Source: Rheinheimera sp.
GTDB taxonomy: Bacteria > Pseudomonadota > Gammaproteobacteria > Enterobacterales > Alteromonadaceae
DNA: 44,698 nt
NCBI GenBank assembly: GCA_041618685.1
Contig: JBFKFH010000001.1
Span: 1-44,698 of the forward strand
Direction: 5' to 3'
Made by a program: the position numbers and the translations under genes. This document shows, piece after piece, positions 1 through 11,721 of this stretch. The notes beneath the pieces are model-generated. The model was not told where the DNA came from, ran no database searches, and saw only the letters and a list, made by a program, of their open reading frames with translations. Position 1 is the stretch's first letter; the number at the start of each line of letters is the position of its first letter.

Positions 1-2088
1 CTGCGGCGGAATATACTGGCTGATAACACCATCGATAACATCAAGGCGAATGGCACTGATGGTTTCACTGATATCTGTCGCATCAAGCAATTCGTTGCGC
101 TGCTCGTACACAACTTTACGCTGATCGTTGGCAACATCATCAAACTCAAGCAACTGCTTACGAATATCAAAGTTACGCGCTTCTACTTTACGCTGTGCAT
201 TCTCTATCGCACGGCTTACCCACGGGTGTTCGATAGCCTCGCCCTTTTCCATGCCCAGACGGCGCATCATGTCGGCCATGCGGTCAGAGGCAAAAATACG
301 CATTAACGCATCGTCCAGCGACAGATAGAACCGGCTTAAACCCGGATCGCCCTGCCGGCCGGCACGACCACGCAGCTGGTTATCAATACGGCGTGATTCG
401 TGGCGTTCAGTACCAATAATATGCAAGCCACCGGCCGCAATTACTGCGTCATGCCGCACTTGCCAATCAGCTTTTACTTTTTCTTTTTGTGCATCGGTGG
501 CATCTGCGCCTAATGCTGCCAGCTCAACCTGCAAGCTGCCGCCCAGTACGATATCGGTACCACGACCGGCCATGTTGGTAGCAATGGTTACCGTACCTGG
601 CTGACCTGCCTGGGCAATAATTTGCGCTTCATTCGCATGAAACTTGGCATTTAACACCTGATGCTTAATTTTGGCTTTATTCAGCAAGCCTGACAGCAGC
701 TCTGAGCTTTCAATTGACGCCGTACCTACCAACACCGGACGGCCGGCATCACGGCTGGCAATAATGTCAGCGATAATGGCCTGATACTTATCTTCTGCCG
801 TTAAATACACCAGATCAGGCATATCGTTACGCACCATAGGCCGGTTTGTCGGCACCACGATGGTTTCCAGGCCATAAATTTGCTGGAACTCGAAGGCTTC
901 GGTATCTGCAGTACCGGTCATACCTGACAGCTTGTCGTACAAGCGGAAGTAATTCTGGAACGTAATAGATGCCAGGGTCTGGTTCTCGTTCTGAATTTTT
1001 ACGCCTTCTTTGGCTTCTACCGCCTGGTGTAAACCTTCTGACCAGCGACGGCCTTCCATCGTACGACCGGTGTGCTCATCAACAATAACAATTTCACCGT
1101 CTTTTACCACGTAGTCTACATCGCGCTTAAATAGCTGATGCGCACGTAATGCGGCGTATACGTGGTGCAGCAAGGTAATATTGGCGGCGGAAAACAGCGT
1201 ATCGTGCTCTTGGATCAGCCCGTGCTCGCGCAGCATGTCTTCAACTTTAATCTGGCCTTTTTCGGTCAGATAAACCTGGCGCGCTTTTTCATCTACGGTG
1301 AAGTGACCATCACCATGTGCGCCTTCTTCGTCTTCTTTATCTTGCTTCACCAGCTGGGGTACCAGCAGGTTAATTTGCTTATATAGCTCTGAACTGTCTT
1401 CTGCCGGACCGGAGATAATAAGTGGCGTACGGGCTTCATCGATTAATATCGAATCTACTTCATCGATAATGGCAAAGGCCTGATCGCGCTGAACGCGGTC
1501 ATCCGGCGAAAAGGCCATATTGTCGCGCAGGTAATCAAAACCAAATTCGTTGTTGGTACCGTAAGTGATGTCTGCCGCATAAGCCTGCCGCTTGTCAGGG
1601 TGCGCCATGCCCGGCACATTGACGCCTACGCTCATCCCTAAAAAGGCAAATAACGGTGCGTTAGTTTCGGCATCGCGACGGGCCAGGTAGTCGTTGACGG
1701 TAATAACATGTACACCAGCGCCACTTAGCGCATTAAGGTATGCAGGTAAGGTAGCGGTAAGGGTTTTACCTTCACCGGTACGCATTTCAGAAATTTTGCC
1801 CTGATGCAGCACCATGCCGCCCATCAGTTGCACATCAAAGTGGCGCATGCCAAACACGCGCTTACTGGCTTCGCGTACCGTGGCAAATGCCTGTGGCAGA
1901 ATATCATCCAGGCTGCTGCCATCGGCCAGTAATTGCTTAAATTCCTGTGTTTTCTGCTTCAGCTGGTCGTCGGATAAGGCTTCAAATTCTGCCTCTAACG
2001 CATTGATCTGCTGTACTTGTTTTTCTAATTTTTTTAAGAAGCGGTCGTTGCGGCTACCAAATACTTTGGTAAAAAGTTTTCCAAACAT
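1..2088 (-). CDS. secA: Preprotein translocase ATPase SecA (3' end runs out of the window)
   Basis: Not in the ORF track because the stop lies outside the window. Manual translation from ATG 2088 gives [20 protein letters not shown]...[12 protein letters not shown]...[10 protein letters not shown] (Walker A), with [31 protein letters not shown] and [15 protein letters not shown] in the same frame. Confidence 0.98.
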   Translation of the reverse strand, partial: MFGKLFTKVFGSRNDRFLKKLEKQVQQINALEAEFEALSDDQLKQKTQEFKQLLADGSSLDDILPQAFATVREASKRVFGMRHFDVQLMGGMVLHQGKISEMRTGEGKTLTATLPAYLNALSGAGVHVITVNDYLARRDAETNAPLFAFLGMSVGVNVPGMAHPDKRQAYAADITYGTNNEFGFDYLRDNMAFSPDDRVQRDQAFAIIDEVDSILIDEARTPLIISGPAEDSSELYKQINLLVPQLVKQDKEDEEGAHGDGHFTVDEKARQVYLTEKGQIKVEDMLREHGLIQEHDTLFSAANITLLHHVYAALRAHQLFKRDVDYVVKDGEIVIVDEHTGRTMEGRRWSEGLHQAVEAKEGVKIQNENQTLASITFQNYFRLYDKLSGMTGTADTEAFEFQQIYGLETIVVPTNRPMVRNDMPDLVYLTAEDKYQAIIADIIASRDAGRPVLVGTASIESSELLSGLLNKAKIKHQVLNAKFHANEAQIIAQAGQPGTVTIATNMAGRGTDIVLGGSLQVELAALGADATDAQKEKVKADWQVRHDAVIAAGGLHIIGTERHESRRIDNQLRGRAGRQGDPGLSRFYLSLDDALMRIFASDRMADMMRRLGMEKGEAIEHPWVSRAIENAQRKVEARNFDIRKQLLEFDDVANDQRKVVYEQRNELLDATDISETISAIRLDVIDGVISQYIPPQ

Positions 2089-2287
2089 TATCCAAATACC
2101 ATGTTAAGTTAAAACTGCAGTGCAGCCCCGGCGGCGCTTGGCTCAGCCAGTAAAAAGTATTAAAACCTCAGCATATTACGCCAGATATGGTGGCCGATGC
2201 TAACGCTTTCAAGGTGTAACATTCTCCGTCACCGCGGAAGCTGCTACACTGCGCATAAGTATCAACAGCCGCAGGTGCGTCAGGCTT

Positions 2288-2761
2288 ATGGCCCGTTACA
2301 CACAAAAACCTCTGGACATCAGCAAGGTGTTATCACACAGCTCGCTGGCATCGAAGCAGCAACAGGTCAGCCTGGTGCAGCAGTTGAATAAGGTACTGGC
2401 CGAGGTGTTACAACTGGAGCAACTTAGTTTTTGCCAGGTTAGCTGTATTCGTGATGGCCGGGCAGTTATTTTATCCGCCTCTGCGCCCTGGCTAACCCGT
2501 TTAAAATTGCAGCGCGACGCCATTCTAGACAATTTTCGCCGAAAAATCTTGCCTGATTTAGCCGGAATAGACATTGAGGCGTCACCCGACGGTCAGATCA
2601 CCACACTAAAACAACCGGTACAGCTGAAAAACAGCCATCAGTTATCTGAGCAGGCGGCGCAATGCTTACGCACCGTAGCAGCTGGCAGTGACGGTGCGCT
2701 AAAACAAGCCTTGCTGAACCTGGCACAAAATGCCGGTAAGCCAAAAGATAAAACCCGGTAG
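2288..2761 (+). CDS. dciA: DUF721/DciA-family protein (DnaB helicase loader-like)
   Basis: 157 aa. Lies on the opposite strand between lpxC and secA, the usual DUF721 position in non-enteric gammaproteobacteria. Has a CQVSCIRDGRAVILSASAPWLTRLK core and a C-terminal LSEQAAQCL...LKQALLNLA helix pair. Confidence 0.8.
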   Translation: MARYTQKPLDISKVLSHSSLASKQQQVSLVQQLNKVLAEVLQLEQLSFCQVSCIRDGRAVILSASAPWLTRLKLQRDAILDNFRRKILPDLAGIDIEASPDGQITTLKQPVQLKNSHQLSEQAAQCLRTVAAGSDGALKQALLNLAQNAGKPKDKTR

Positions 2762-2775
2762 CGACCGGGTTTTAT
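2748..2775. terminator. Bidirectional intrinsic terminator between dciA and lpxC
   Basis: Perfect 12-bp stem ATAAAACCCGGT-agcg-ACCGGGTTTTAT with A/T tracts on both arms; it contains the dciA stop codon. Confidence 0.85.
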
Positions 2776-2808
2776 ACTTGTACTTTAGTGGTAAAGCTGG
2801 GTAGCGGG

Positions 2809-3732
2809 TTAACCCAGCTGTGGCGCAAGTTTGGGTGCCAGATACGAAATCGGCATTTGCGCTTTATCTTCAAAGGTGACGAATTCCCAGTTTTCCTGGT
2901 TTGCCAGCACCGCACACAGCAACTGATTGTTCAGTGCATGGCCGGTTTTAAACGATTTAAACTCGCCTAAAATACTGTAACCGGCCATATACAAATCGCC
3001 GATAGCATCAAGAATTTTGTGTTTAATAAATTCATCGTCGTAGCGCAGACCATCCTGGTTTAATACCCGGTATTCGTCCAGCACGACGGCATTGTCAAAG
3101 CTGCCACCTAATGCCAGGTTGTTTGCACGCAGGTATTCCACTTCATGCAAAAAGCCAAAAGTACGGGCCCGGCTGATATCTTTAATAAAACCGGCGGCTG
3201 AAAAATCCATTTGCATATGCTGGGTGGTTTCAGCAATTACCGGATGATTAAATTCAATGGCGAAATCAATTTTAAACCCATGATGCGGTTTAAATTCAGC
3301 CCATTTGTCACCGTCTTCAACGCGAACTGCTTTTTTGATGCGAATAAACTTCTTCGCCAGGCGCTGCTCAGCCACACCGGCTTCAAGCAACAAGTATACG
3401 AATGGATTAGCGCTGCCATCCATAATAGGAATTTCTGCTGAGTCTACTTCAACCACCAGGTTGTCGATACCCAGCCCGGCAATGGCCGCCATCAGGTGTT
3501 CAGTGGTGGATAGCCGCACGCCATTTTCATTGATTAAACAGGTACACATCACCGTATCACCCACTAGCTCGGGCGCTACTTTGAAGTCGACCACAGGATC
3601 AAGATCAACACGACGGAACACAATGCCCGTGTTGTCTGGCGCAGGTCGGAGAGTAAGCGTAACCTTTTCGCCTTTGTGCAATCCCACCCCAATGGAGCTG
3701 ACTGTCTTGTCGATGGTACGTTGTTTAATCAT
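2809..3732 (-). CDS. lpxC: UDP-3-O-acyl-N-acetylglucosamine deacetylase
   Basis: MIKQRTI...GVGLHKG start, with [26 protein letters not shown] and the zinc motif [10 protein letters not shown]. Start moved to ATG 3732 (upstream GAGCAGGAAG RBS) from the track's 3813. Confidence 0.97.
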   Translation of the reverse strand: MIKQRTIDKTVSSIGVGLHKGEKVTLTLRPAPDNTGIVFRRVDLDPVVDFKVAPELVGDTVMCTCLINENGVRLSTTEHLMAAIAGLGIDNLVVEVDSAEIPIMDGSANPFVYLLLEAGVAEQRLAKKFIRIKKAVRVEDGDKWAEFKPHHGFKIDFAIEFNHPVIAETTQHMQMDFSAAGFIKDISRARTFGFLHEVEYLRANNLALGGSFDNAVVLDEYRVLNQDGLRYDDEFIKHKILDAIGDLYMAGYSILGEFKSFKTGHALNNQLLCAVLANQENWEFVTFEDKAQMPISYLAPKLAPQLG

Positions 3733-3864
3733 AATTTCTTCCTGCTCAAATAATAAGCAATCACAAAATGGCGGCGAAGCATAGCATAACGTGGCAATTA
3801 TGCCAAATTTCACTGAACAGCAGCTTAACCCTGCTGTCGGCCTTGCCAGCGACTAAGTCGGAAC

Positions 3865-5025
3865 TTAGTCAGCTTGTTTGCGTAAAAACGCCGGAATATC
3901 AAAAATATCAATATTCGCTTTGCTTTCTGGTTGTGTCTTCACCGCTGCAGCCGGTGCTTCTTCACGCATAGCCTGCGGTGCAGACTTCTGCATGGTGTTA
4001 CCCTGCTGCACATAAACCGGCATAGGTTCCGGGCGGTTGCTTGGCACCAGGCTGATATCTGGCCGGCGGTCTGCACCAATACCGGTAGCAACCACAGTAA
4101 CCCGCAGTTCATCATGCATGTTAGGGTCAATTACTGCACCTACTACCACAGTAGCATTTTCTGATGCGAAGGCTTTTACTGCATTACCGACGGTTTCAAA
4201 TTCTTCAATGCTGATGTCTAAGCCGGCAGTGATGTTCACCAGAATACCTTTGGCACCTGACAGATCGATATCTTCCAGCAGTGGGCTGGAAATAGCTTGC
4301 TCTGCCGCTTCTTCAGCCCGATCCGGGCCAGACGCACGGCCACTGCCCATCATCGCAGTGCCCATTTCCGCCATCACGGTACGTACGTCAGCAAAGTCGA
4401 CGTTTATTAAGCCTGGACGGGTAATTAGTTCAGCAATACCCTGCACCGCGCCTAACAAGACGTTGTTAGCGGCTTTAAATGCATCGAGCAGGCTGGTGCC
4501 TTTACCTAACACCTTTAACAGCTTGTCATTTGGAATGGTGATTAGCGAGTCAACATGCTTACTCAGCTCTAATATACCTTCATCGGCATACGCAGAGCGT
4601 TTCTTACCTTCAAATGGGAAAGGTTTAGTTACTACCGCTACCGTTAAAATACCCAGTTCGCGCGCGACTTCAGCCACGATTGGCGCAGCACCGGTACCTG
4701 TACCACCACCCATACCGGCGGCGATAAATATCATATCCGCACCCTGAATGGTTTTTTTGATGGTTTCGCGATCTTCTTCGGCAGAACGACGGCCAATTTC
4801 CGGATTAGCACCGGCACCTAAGCCCTTGGTTACATTAGCGCCTAACTGCAGCGTAATGTTTGCCGATGAATTGCGCAGCGCCTGCGCGTCGGTATTCGCC
4901 GCAACAAACTCTACACCTTCAATATTGCTGGCTACCATATATTCAACAGCATTACCGCCGCCGCCGCCAACACCAATGACTTTAATTACAGCTTCTTCGC
5001 TGTGGTTTTCCATTAACTCAAACAT
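3865..5025 (-). CDS. ftsZ: Cell division GTPase FtsZ
   Basis: [10 protein letters not shown], tubulin signature [17 protein letters not shown], and C-terminal [11 protein letters not shown]. Confidence 0.99.
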   Translation of the reverse strand: MFELMENHSEEAVIKVIGVGGGGGNAVEYMVASNIEGVEFVAANTDAQALRNSSANITLQLGANVTKGLGAGANPEIGRRSAEEDRETIKKTIQGADMIFIAAGMGGGTGTGAAPIVAEVARELGILTVAVVTKPFPFEGKKRSAYADEGILELSKHVDSLITIPNDKLLKVLGKGTSLLDAFKAANNVLLGAVQGIAELITRPGLINVDFADVRTVMAEMGTAMMGSGRASGPDRAEEAAEQAISSPLLEDIDLSGAKGILVNITAGLDISIEEFETVGNAVKAFASENATVVVGAVIDPNMHDELRVTVVATGIGADRRPDISLVPSNRPEPMPVYVQQGNTMQKSAPQAMREEAPAAAVKTQPESKANIDIFDIPAFLRKQAD

Positions 5026-5052
5026 AGCTCTCTCTCCGTTTCTACGCTTACT

Positions 5053-6288
5053 TTAAAATTCGCCTTTGAACCAGCTGCTGATCCGCTTGACGAAACTGCT
5101 TACTGAATCACGCACGTCAGCCGCTTTTTTCTGCTGGGTGCGCGCATCCTTACCGTACAATAACAAGCCCACCACACTGGCGTAGGCCGGATCCTGTACG
5201 TACTCTTTTAAACCGGTAACATGCATAGGCTGCCCCACACGCACCGGCATCTGAAAAATGTCCTCGGCAAATTCTACCGCACCTTCCATCTTGGCTGTAC
5301 CGCCGGTTAACACTACGCCAGCCGCTATTTGCTCTTCGAGGCCTGAGCTACGAATTTCTTCCAGCACCAGCTCAAACAGCTCCTGATACCTGGGCTCTAC
5401 AACCTCCGCCAGGGTGTGGCGTGACATAGACCGGGCCGGACGTCCGCCGACACTGGGCACTTCAATACTTTCTTCCTTGCCCACCATGCTGCGCAGCGCA
5501 CAGGCATATTGCACCTTGATGTCTTCTGCATGACTCAGCGGCGTGCGGAATATTTTCGCAATATCGCTGGTAACCTGATTGCCGGCTACCGGGATCACCG
5601 CTGTGTGGCGTAGAGCGCCATTGGTATAAATGGCTAAATCTATCGTGCCGCCACCCATGTCAACCACACAGACACCAAGCTCTTTTTCATCATCGGTCAG
5701 CACGGCAAAACTGGAGGCCAACGCGGAAAAAATCAGCTGATCCACCTGCAGCCCACAACGCTCGACACATTTTTCAATGTTTTTTGCCATATCGTTAGCA
5801 CAGGTAATAATGTGTGCCCGCGCTTCCATCCGCACACCGGACATACCAACCGGGCTTTTTATACCCTCTTGCATGTCGACAGAAAACTCCTGCGGCAGGA
5901 CATGCAACATGCGACGTTCGGCCGAAATCGGCACTGATTTGGCAGCGTGGATCACATTTGATACGTCTTCGTTGGTTACCTCAGTGTCGTTAATCGGCAC
6001 CATACCGCTTTCGTTCTGGCAGCGGATATGTTTACCGGTAATGCCCAGATACACTGACGACACCCGGCAGTCAGCCATCAACTCGGCTTCATCAATAGCG
6101 CGCTGCACCGCCTGAACGACCAGATTTAAATCATTAACGCCGCCTTTATCCATACCGCGTGAGACATGAGTGCCAACACCGACAATGCTTAGCTTGTCAT
6201 CTGCGGTTATTTCGCCCACGACCGCTTTAATTTGTGCAGTGCCAATATCCAGGCCAACAATCAGATCTCTTTCTAACGACTTAGTCAT
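5053..6288 (-). CDS. ftsA: Cell division protein FtsA
   Basis: Actin-fold motifs GLDIGTAQI, VDMGGGT and VLTGGTAK; amphipathic C-terminus SWFKGEF. Confidence 0.99.
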   Translation of the reverse strand: MTKSLERDLIVGLDIGTAQIKAVVGEITADDKLSIVGVGTHVSRGMDKGGVNDLNLVVQAVQRAIDEAELMADCRVSSVYLGITGKHIRCQNESGMVPINDTEVTNEDVSNVIHAAKSVPISAERRMLHVLPQEFSVDMQEGIKSPVGMSGVRMEARAHIITCANDMAKNIEKCVERCGLQVDQLIFSALASSFAVLTDDEKELGVCVVDMGGGTIDLAIYTNGALRHTAVIPVAGNQVTSDIAKIFRTPLSHAEDIKVQYACALRSMVGKEESIEVPSVGGRPARSMSRHTLAEVVEPRYQELFELVLEEIRSSGLEEQIAAGVVLTGGTAKMEGAVEFAEDIFQMPVRVGQPMHVTGLKEYVQDPAYASVVGLLLYGKDARTQQKKAADVRDSVSSFVKRISSWFKGEF

Positions 6289-7037
6289 GCTTTTCTCTTT
6301 TGTTCAGTGCTGTACCGCACCGCTATACCGGTGTCGTAACGCAAATCTACTTCGGCTACGGCGTCGGTTTTATGTTTACTGATCACCGGGTACAGGTCGA
6401 TAAAGCGCTGTACCCGTTTTAACGTATCATCCCGGCCCAACTTAAGCGCCACGCCATTGCTGAGGCTTAATTGCCAGGAAAAACGCTCGGTTAGCCCAAG
6501 CGCTATGGCATTAAATTTATGCAGGGCCAATAAGCCCTGCATATGGCGGAACATGTCCAGAGCATCCTGCTGGCTGCCTTCGGGGCCGGTTAACATCGGT
6601 AGTTCCGTTTTCAGCTGCTCTATGGGTGCGACAAAAACCTCACCCTGTTGATTTAGTAATTGCTGCTGATTCCAAATAGCTACCGGCTGTTGTTCTGTAA
6701 CAACCACAACCAGGGCATCAGGCCATTGTTTGCGCACGGCTACCTGATAAACCCAGGGTTGCTGCAACAGGAACTGTTGAACCTGGTCCACGTTCACGCT
6801 AAAAAAGTTACCCACATATTGCCGTTGAAGTTTCTGGTGCAAGCTCGAACCGTCGATATGATGAAAATCACCATACAATCGCACTTGCTGTACCGGTGCA
6901 CCGTGCTTACTGTGCAGCCAGTCATTTACCTTTAACCCCAACCAGACCAGCACCAACATGGCGGCAATAAAAAACACCACACCGGCATAAAATCCCGGGC
7001 GTTGTTTAAATTGCGGCGATGGCAGGTGCCAGTTCAT
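6285..7037 (-). CDS. ftsQ: Cell division protein FtsQ/DivIB
   Basis: Single TM, POTRA region (PWVYQVAVRKQWPD), C-terminal VDLRYDTGIAV; lies between ddl and ftsA. Confidence 0.95.
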   Translation of the reverse strand: MNWHLPSPQFKQRPGFYAGVVFFIAAMLVLVWLGLKVNDWLHSKHGAPVQQVRLYGDFHHIDGSSLHQKLQRQYVGNFFSVNVDQVQQFLLQQPWVYQVAVRKQWPDALVVVVTEQQPVAIWNQQQLLNQQGEVFVAPIEQLKTELPMLTGPEGSQQDALDMFRHMQGLLALHKFNAIALGLTERFSWQLSLSNGVALKLGRDDTLKRVQRFIDLYPVISKHKTDAVAEVDLRYDTGIAVRYSTEQKRKA

Positions 7038-7039
7038 TA

Positions 7040-7969
7040 TTATTTTGCCCCTTGTGCTTGCGTTAGTATCGCCTGCACTAATTGCGAAAAACTCAGGCCG
7101 GCCGCTTTTGCCGCCATCGGCACCAGCGATTTTTCGGTCATACCCGGTACCGTGTTCACTTCCAGCAAAAAGTGCCTGCCTTGCTGGTCAAGCATGATAT
7201 CTACCCGCCCCCAACCTGAGGCACCAACCGCATTGAATGCTTTGAGTGCAGTTTCCTGCATTGCTGCCGTTTGCTCTGCACTTAGCGGCGCCGGGCATAA
7301 ATATTCCGTGCTGTTGGCCTGATACTTGGCTTCATAATCATAAAATGCCCGCGGTGTACGCATTTCAACTACCGGCAGTACCTGACCATTTAATATGGCA
7401 ACGGTAAATTCACGGCCGTCAATCCAGCGTTCAACCAGAATTTCACTGTCATACTTTAACGCGGCACTAATGGCCTGTTGCAGTTCTGCGGCGCTAACGG
7501 CTGCGCTCATGCCAATACTTGAGCCTTCATTGGCAGGTTTCACCATTACTTTGCCGCCAAGGCTGGCCAATAAACCGGCGAAATCTGTGTCGTTACTGTG
7601 CACGACGGCAAACGGCGCCGTAGGCAATTGCTGCGCCTGAAACAACCACTTGCAACGTACTTTGTCCATTGCCAGTGCTGAGCCCAACACACCGCTACCG
7701 GTATAAGGCAGACCCAGTTGCTGTAAAGCACCCTGCATACTGCCATCTTCGCCACCGCGACCATGCAACACAATAAATACCCGTTCGGCACCGGTTGCCG
7801 CCAGCTCGGCCAGTGACTGATGCTGCGGGTCAAAAGCGAATGCGTCGATACCACTGTCGAGCAACGCATTGAGCACTGCCTGGCCCGAGCGTAATGAAAC
7901 TTCACGCTCTGCTGAGAGCCCGCCAAACATCACAGCAACTTTGCCAAAAGCGGTTTCAGAACTGCTCAT
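7040..7969 (-). CDS. ddl: D-alanine--D-alanine ligase
   Basis: [33 protein letters not shown], omega loop FYDYEAKY (Tyr type, D-Ala-D-Ala), and [10 protein letters not shown]. Confidence 0.97.
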   Translation of the reverse strand: MSSSETAFGKVAVMFGGLSAEREVSLRSGQAVLNALLDSGIDAFAFDPQHQSLAELAATGAERVFIVLHGRGGEDGSMQGALQQLGLPYTGSGVLGSALAMDKVRCKWLFQAQQLPTAPFAVVHSNDTDFAGLLASLGGKVMVKPANEGSSIGMSAAVSAAELQQAISAALKYDSEILVERWIDGREFTVAILNGQVLPVVEMRTPRAFYDYEAKYQANSTEYLCPAPLSAEQTAAMQETALKAFNAVGASGWGRVDIMLDQQGRHFLLEVNTVPGMTEKSLVPMAAKAAGLSFSQLVQAILTQAQGAK

Positions 7970-9420
7970 GCTTTTTCTCCTGCACTGGCTTTCAATTTAG
8001 CGATATTCATTTGCATGGCAGCCAGCTGTTTTACCAGCGCGCCTATGTTACCGGCCCCCTGCGTTAGCACGACATCGCCATCCTGTAATACGGATGCTAG
8101 GCTGACAGCCAATTCTGCCGGTTCAGCGACATAAATCGGGTCTAAGCTGCCACGGGCGCGGATTGAACGGCACAAGCTACGGCTATCCGCACCGGCAATT
8201 GCTGTTTCGCCTGCGGCATAGACTTCCAGCAACAACAAGGTGTCGACACTGGACAGCACCTTGGCAAAATCTTCATATAAATCGCGGGTGCGGGTATAAC
8301 GATGCGGCTGGTACGCCATCACCAGGCGGCGCGTAGGCCAGGCTGCACGCACCGCGGCGATAGTCGCTGCGACTTCGGTTGGATGGTGGCCATAGTCATC
8401 GAGCAATAATACTTTGCCGTTACCACTGTCAAATTCACCATACTGCTGAAACCGCCGGCCAATACCTTCAAACTTGCGCAGCGCCGCCAGTATTGCCTGC
8501 TCGCTAATGCCTTCATCCAGTGCCAGCGCAAAAGCAGCGGTGGCATTGAGTGCGTTATGCTTACCCGGTAAATTCAGCTCAACTTCGCGCTGGTTGCCAT
8601 TGTTGTCGGTGATCGTAAACTGGCTTTGCGTGCCATTCTGGCTGAAATCACTGATGACAAAATCAGCATCAGCACTAAAACCATAGGTCAGCACAGTACG
8701 GCCGATTTGGCCAATCAGTGCTCTGAGTACCGGATCGTCAATACATACCACTGCGACGCCATAAAACGGCAGGTTATGACAGAACTCCAGATAGGTGGCT
8801 TTGAGCTTTTCAAAGTCACCCTGATACGTGTCCATGTGATCGGCTTCAATGTTAGTGATCACGGTTGCCAGCGGCTGCAGATGCAAAAAAGAAGCATCAC
8901 TTTCATCGGCTTCGGCAATTAAATAGCGACCTGCGCCGAGCCGGGCATTAGAACCGGCTGAATTCAGTAAGCCGCCAATGACAAAAGTCGGGTCAGTGCC
9001 CGCTTCGGCGAAAATCGAAGCCAGTAAACTGGTGGTTGTGGTTTTGCCATGTGTGCCGGCTACCGCAATACCATGGCGAAAGCGCATCAATTCGCCCAGC
9101 ATTTCAGCCCGGCGTACTACCGGAATGCGTTGCTCGCGCGCGGCGGCTACTTCTGCATTGCTCGGGTTAATAGCACTGGACACCACCACGACACTGGCAC
9201 CGCTAACATTGGCTGCAGCATGGCCAAAGTAAATAGTGGCACCGAGTGAGGTTAAGCGCTCAGTCACCGCGTTTGGCGCAATATCTGAACCGGAGATGTT
9301 ATAGCCTTCGTTTACCAGCACTTCAGCAATGCCGCCCATGCCCGCACCGCCAATGCCGACAAAATGGATCCGTTCTACCCGGCGCATAGCCAGTTTTTTC
9401 TGTTGTGGGGTACTAATCAT
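7966..9420 (-). CDS. murC: UDP-N-acetylmuramate--L-alanine ligase
   Basis: [27 protein letters not shown] and DDYGHHPTE. Start set at ATG 9420, which forms an ATGA overlap with the murG stop. Confidence 0.97.
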   Translation of the reverse strand: MISTPQQKKLAMRRVERIHFVGIGGAGMGGIAEVLVNEGYNISGSDIAPNAVTERLTSLGATIYFGHAAANVSGASVVVVSSAINPSNAEVAAAREQRIPVVRRAEMLGELMRFRHGIAVAGTHGKTTTTSLLASIFAEAGTDPTFVIGGLLNSAGSNARLGAGRYLIAEADESDASFLHLQPLATVITNIEADHMDTYQGDFEKLKATYLEFCHNLPFYGVAVVCIDDPVLRALIGQIGRTVLTYGFSADADFVISDFSQNGTQSQFTITDNNGNQREVELNLPGKHNALNATAAFALALDEGISEQAILAALRKFEGIGRRFQQYGEFDSGNGKVLLLDDYGHHPTEVAATIAAVRAAWPTRRLVMAYQPHRYTRTRDLYEDFAKVLSSVDTLLLLEVYAAGETAIAGADSRSLCRSIRARGSLDPIYVAEPAELAVSLASVLQDGDVVLTQGAGNIGALVKQLAAMQMNIAKLKASAGEKA

Positions 9421-10517
9421 ACTTGTTGTCCTGTTACCGGCTGTTTGATGGCCTGCTGACATAGTGCCACTACCTGTGCTGTTGCCTGATCTAACGCACA
9501 GGCACGCGCTTTGGCGGCCATTTGCTGTAACGAATCCTTACTCTGTAACCATTGCTGCAACAGTGGCAGCAACCTTTGCTCAGTAAACTCGTGCTGGGTT
9601 AGTTGTAGCGCGCCGCCCTGTCGGGTTAACCAAAGCGCGTTCGCTGTTTGATGGTCATCTATTGCGCCGGGTAAGGGCACAAACAGTGCGGCGACACCGG
9701 CACAGGCCAGCTCACTTACTGTTGAGGCGCCCGCGCGGCATATGACCACATCGGCCCAGGCATATGCCTGCGCCATATCATCAATGAAGGCCGTCACTAC
9801 AGCATCCAAGTTACTATGTGTCGTCTGCTGATAGCGCTGCTGCGTTTGCTCATGCAATACTTTGCCGGTTTGATGCCGCACTTGCAGCGCGCCATCGGCT
9901 GCGGCGCGGGCAAAAATGCCGGGCAAGGTGTCGTTTAACACCTTTGCGCCCAAACTGCCGCCAACCACCAACACTTTTAAACTGCCGCTGTAATTGTGCG
10001 ATGCGCCGATATTAATCAGCTCGGCACGCACCGGATTGCCAACCAGTTGTTGCTTGGCATGCCCGGCAAACGCCGACGGAAAAGCCACCAACACCTGCTT
10101 TGCCAGACGCGCCAGTAAACGATTCGTGCTACCGGCAACGGCGTTTTGTTCATGGATCAGCAGCGGTACCTGTTGCAGCCAGGCGGCAACGCCGCCAGGC
10201 CCGCTGGCATAGCCACCGAAACCCAATACCAGATCCGGCTGCACGGCTGCCAGCACCTTCCGTGCCTGCAAGACCGAGTTCAGCAACATCCACGGCGCTT
10301 TTAACAACGCTAACCAGCCTTTGCCACGTAAACCTGCGACATCAATGCTATGAAACGGCCAGCCAAATTGCGGCACTAAGGTGGCTTCCATCCGGTTAGC
10401 GGTACCCAGCCAGTGAACCTGCCAGCCAGCTGCATGCATTGCCGTCGCCACCGCCTGTGCCGGGAAAATATGCCCGCCGGTGCCTCCGGCCATAATCAGA
10501 ATACGCGGTTTAGTCAT
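9417..10517 (-). CDS. murG: Lipid II GlcNAc transferase MurG
   Basis: [37 protein letters not shown] and DDHQTANA. Confidence 0.98.
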   Translation of the reverse strand: MTKPRILIMAGGTGGHIFPAQAVATAMHAAGWQVHWLGTANRMEATLVPQFGWPFHSIDVAGLRGKGWLALLKAPWMLLNSVLQARKVLAAVQPDLVLGFGGYASGPGGVAAWLQQVPLLIHEQNAVAGSTNRLLARLAKQVLVAFPSAFAGHAKQQLVGNPVRAELINIGASHNYSGSLKVLVVGGSLGAKVLNDTLPGIFARAAADGALQVRHQTGKVLHEQTQQRYQQTTHSNLDAVVTAFIDDMAQAYAWADVVICRAGASTVSELACAGVAALFVPLPGAIDDHQTANALWLTRQGGALQLTQHEFTEQRLLPLLQQWLQSKDSLQQMAAKARACALDQATAQVVALCQQAIKQPVTGQQV

Positions 10518-11721
10518 GCCGACCTCCGCTTACGGCCTGCTTACCGCTTAAACGCACTTCAAAATCGATACGCAGTAACAACGCTGCAGCTATCAGCATA
10601 ATAATCAGGCTACTGCCGCCTGAACTGACAAACGGCAGTGTCAGACCTTTAGTAGGCAAGGCACCGGTTGCCACGCCGATGTTAACGGCTGACTGAAAGC
10701 CAATCCAGATTGCCAGCGCATAGGCCAGAAAACCATGAAAACTAAGCTGTTTTGCCAGCGCGCGTTGTCCAATCCATAGCGCGCGGTATACCAGCGTAAA
10801 CATCAGCAACACCAGTATGCTGACACCAATAAAACCGGTTTCCTCAGCAATCACTGCCAATATAAAATCTGTATGCGCCTCAGGTAGATATTCCAGTTTT
10901 TGGATGCTATTACCCAGCCCCTGGCCAAACCAACCACCGCGGCCAAATGCCATCAGAGACTGGGTAAGCTGATAACCACTGCCAAACGGATCTGCCCAGG
11001 GATCCAGGAAGGCAGTAACCCGCTTCCAGCGGTATTCGCTGTAAACAATCAACACGCCAATGGCCAGCAAGCCAGTAAAAATTAAACAGAAAAACTGCCA
11101 TAACTTGGCGCCGGCTAAAAACAACAACGCCACTGACGTGGCAAACATCACAATCACAGTTCCCAAATCCGGCTGCATGAGCAGAAGTACCGCAAAAGCA
11201 AACAGCACCAACAGCGGCTTGATAAAGCCTTTAATGTTGTCACGCACTTCTTCATGCCGCCGCACCAGATAACTGGACAGATACACAAAGAAAAATAATT
11301 TGGCCGGCTCGGCAGCTTGCAGACCAATAGGCCCAATTGCCAGCCAGCGTGTACTGCCGTTAACGTTGCGACCAAATAGCAGCACAGCAACTAACAGTGC
11401 TACGGCAGCGAATAACAGCAACATATTGCTGTTATGCCACCATTGTACCGGTACATTGATAACCACCAGCGCCGCTGATAAACCCAGCGCCAGATACACC
11501 AGATGCCGGATAGTAAAATGCAGCTCATTGTCATACAAACGGGTTGCAACCGGCACTGAGGCACTGGTTACCATCACGACCCCTACGGCGAGGATCAGCA
11601 ACAGCAGGGTTAGAAACAACCGGTCATAGGCCGCGCCATCATCTGCATTCCACCAATCACTGAGATTTTGAAACGGGTTTTGCAGCGGATTCTTAATTAA
11701 GCGCATGGCGAGTTGTTTCAT
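10510..11721 (-). CDS. ftsW: SEDS peptidoglycan polymerase FtsW
   Basis: Multi-TM protein with NGSTRW, QPDLGT, GYQLTQSL, LPEAHTDF and GLTLPFVSSGGSS. Confidence 0.97.
   Translation of the reverse strand: MKQLAMRLIKNPLQNPFQNLSDWWNADDGAAYDRLFLTLLLLILAVGVVMVTSASVPVATRLYDNELHFTIRHLVYLALGLSAALVVINVPVQWWHNSNMLLLFAAVALLVAVLLFGRNVNGSTRWLAIGPIGLQAAEPAKLFFFVYLSSYLVRRHEEVRDNIKGFIKPLLVLFAFAVLLLMQPDLGTVIVMFATSVALLFLAGAKLWQFFCLIFTGLLAIGVLIVYSEYRWKRVTAFLDPWADPFGSGYQLTQSLMAFGRGGWFGQGLGNSIQKLEYLPEAHTDFILAVIAEETGFIGVSILVLLMFTLVYRALWIGQRALAKQLSFHGFLAYALAIWIGFQSAVNIGVATGALPTKGLTLPFVSSGGSSLIIMLIAAALLLRIDFEVRLSGKQAVSGGRHD

Noticed and set aside
3733-3813. Upstream extension of lpxC (likewise murC 9462, dolP 32194, response regulator 43660)
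   Set aside because: Canonical N-termini, SD sequences or stop/start overlaps support the downstream starts.
4037-5056. Long plus-strand ORFs (236 aa and 102 aa) antisense to ftsZ, and similar ones opposite lpxC, ftsA, mur genes and rsmH
   Set aside because: Shadow frames of codon-biased core genes; Ser/Ala/Pro-rich with no motifs or RBS.
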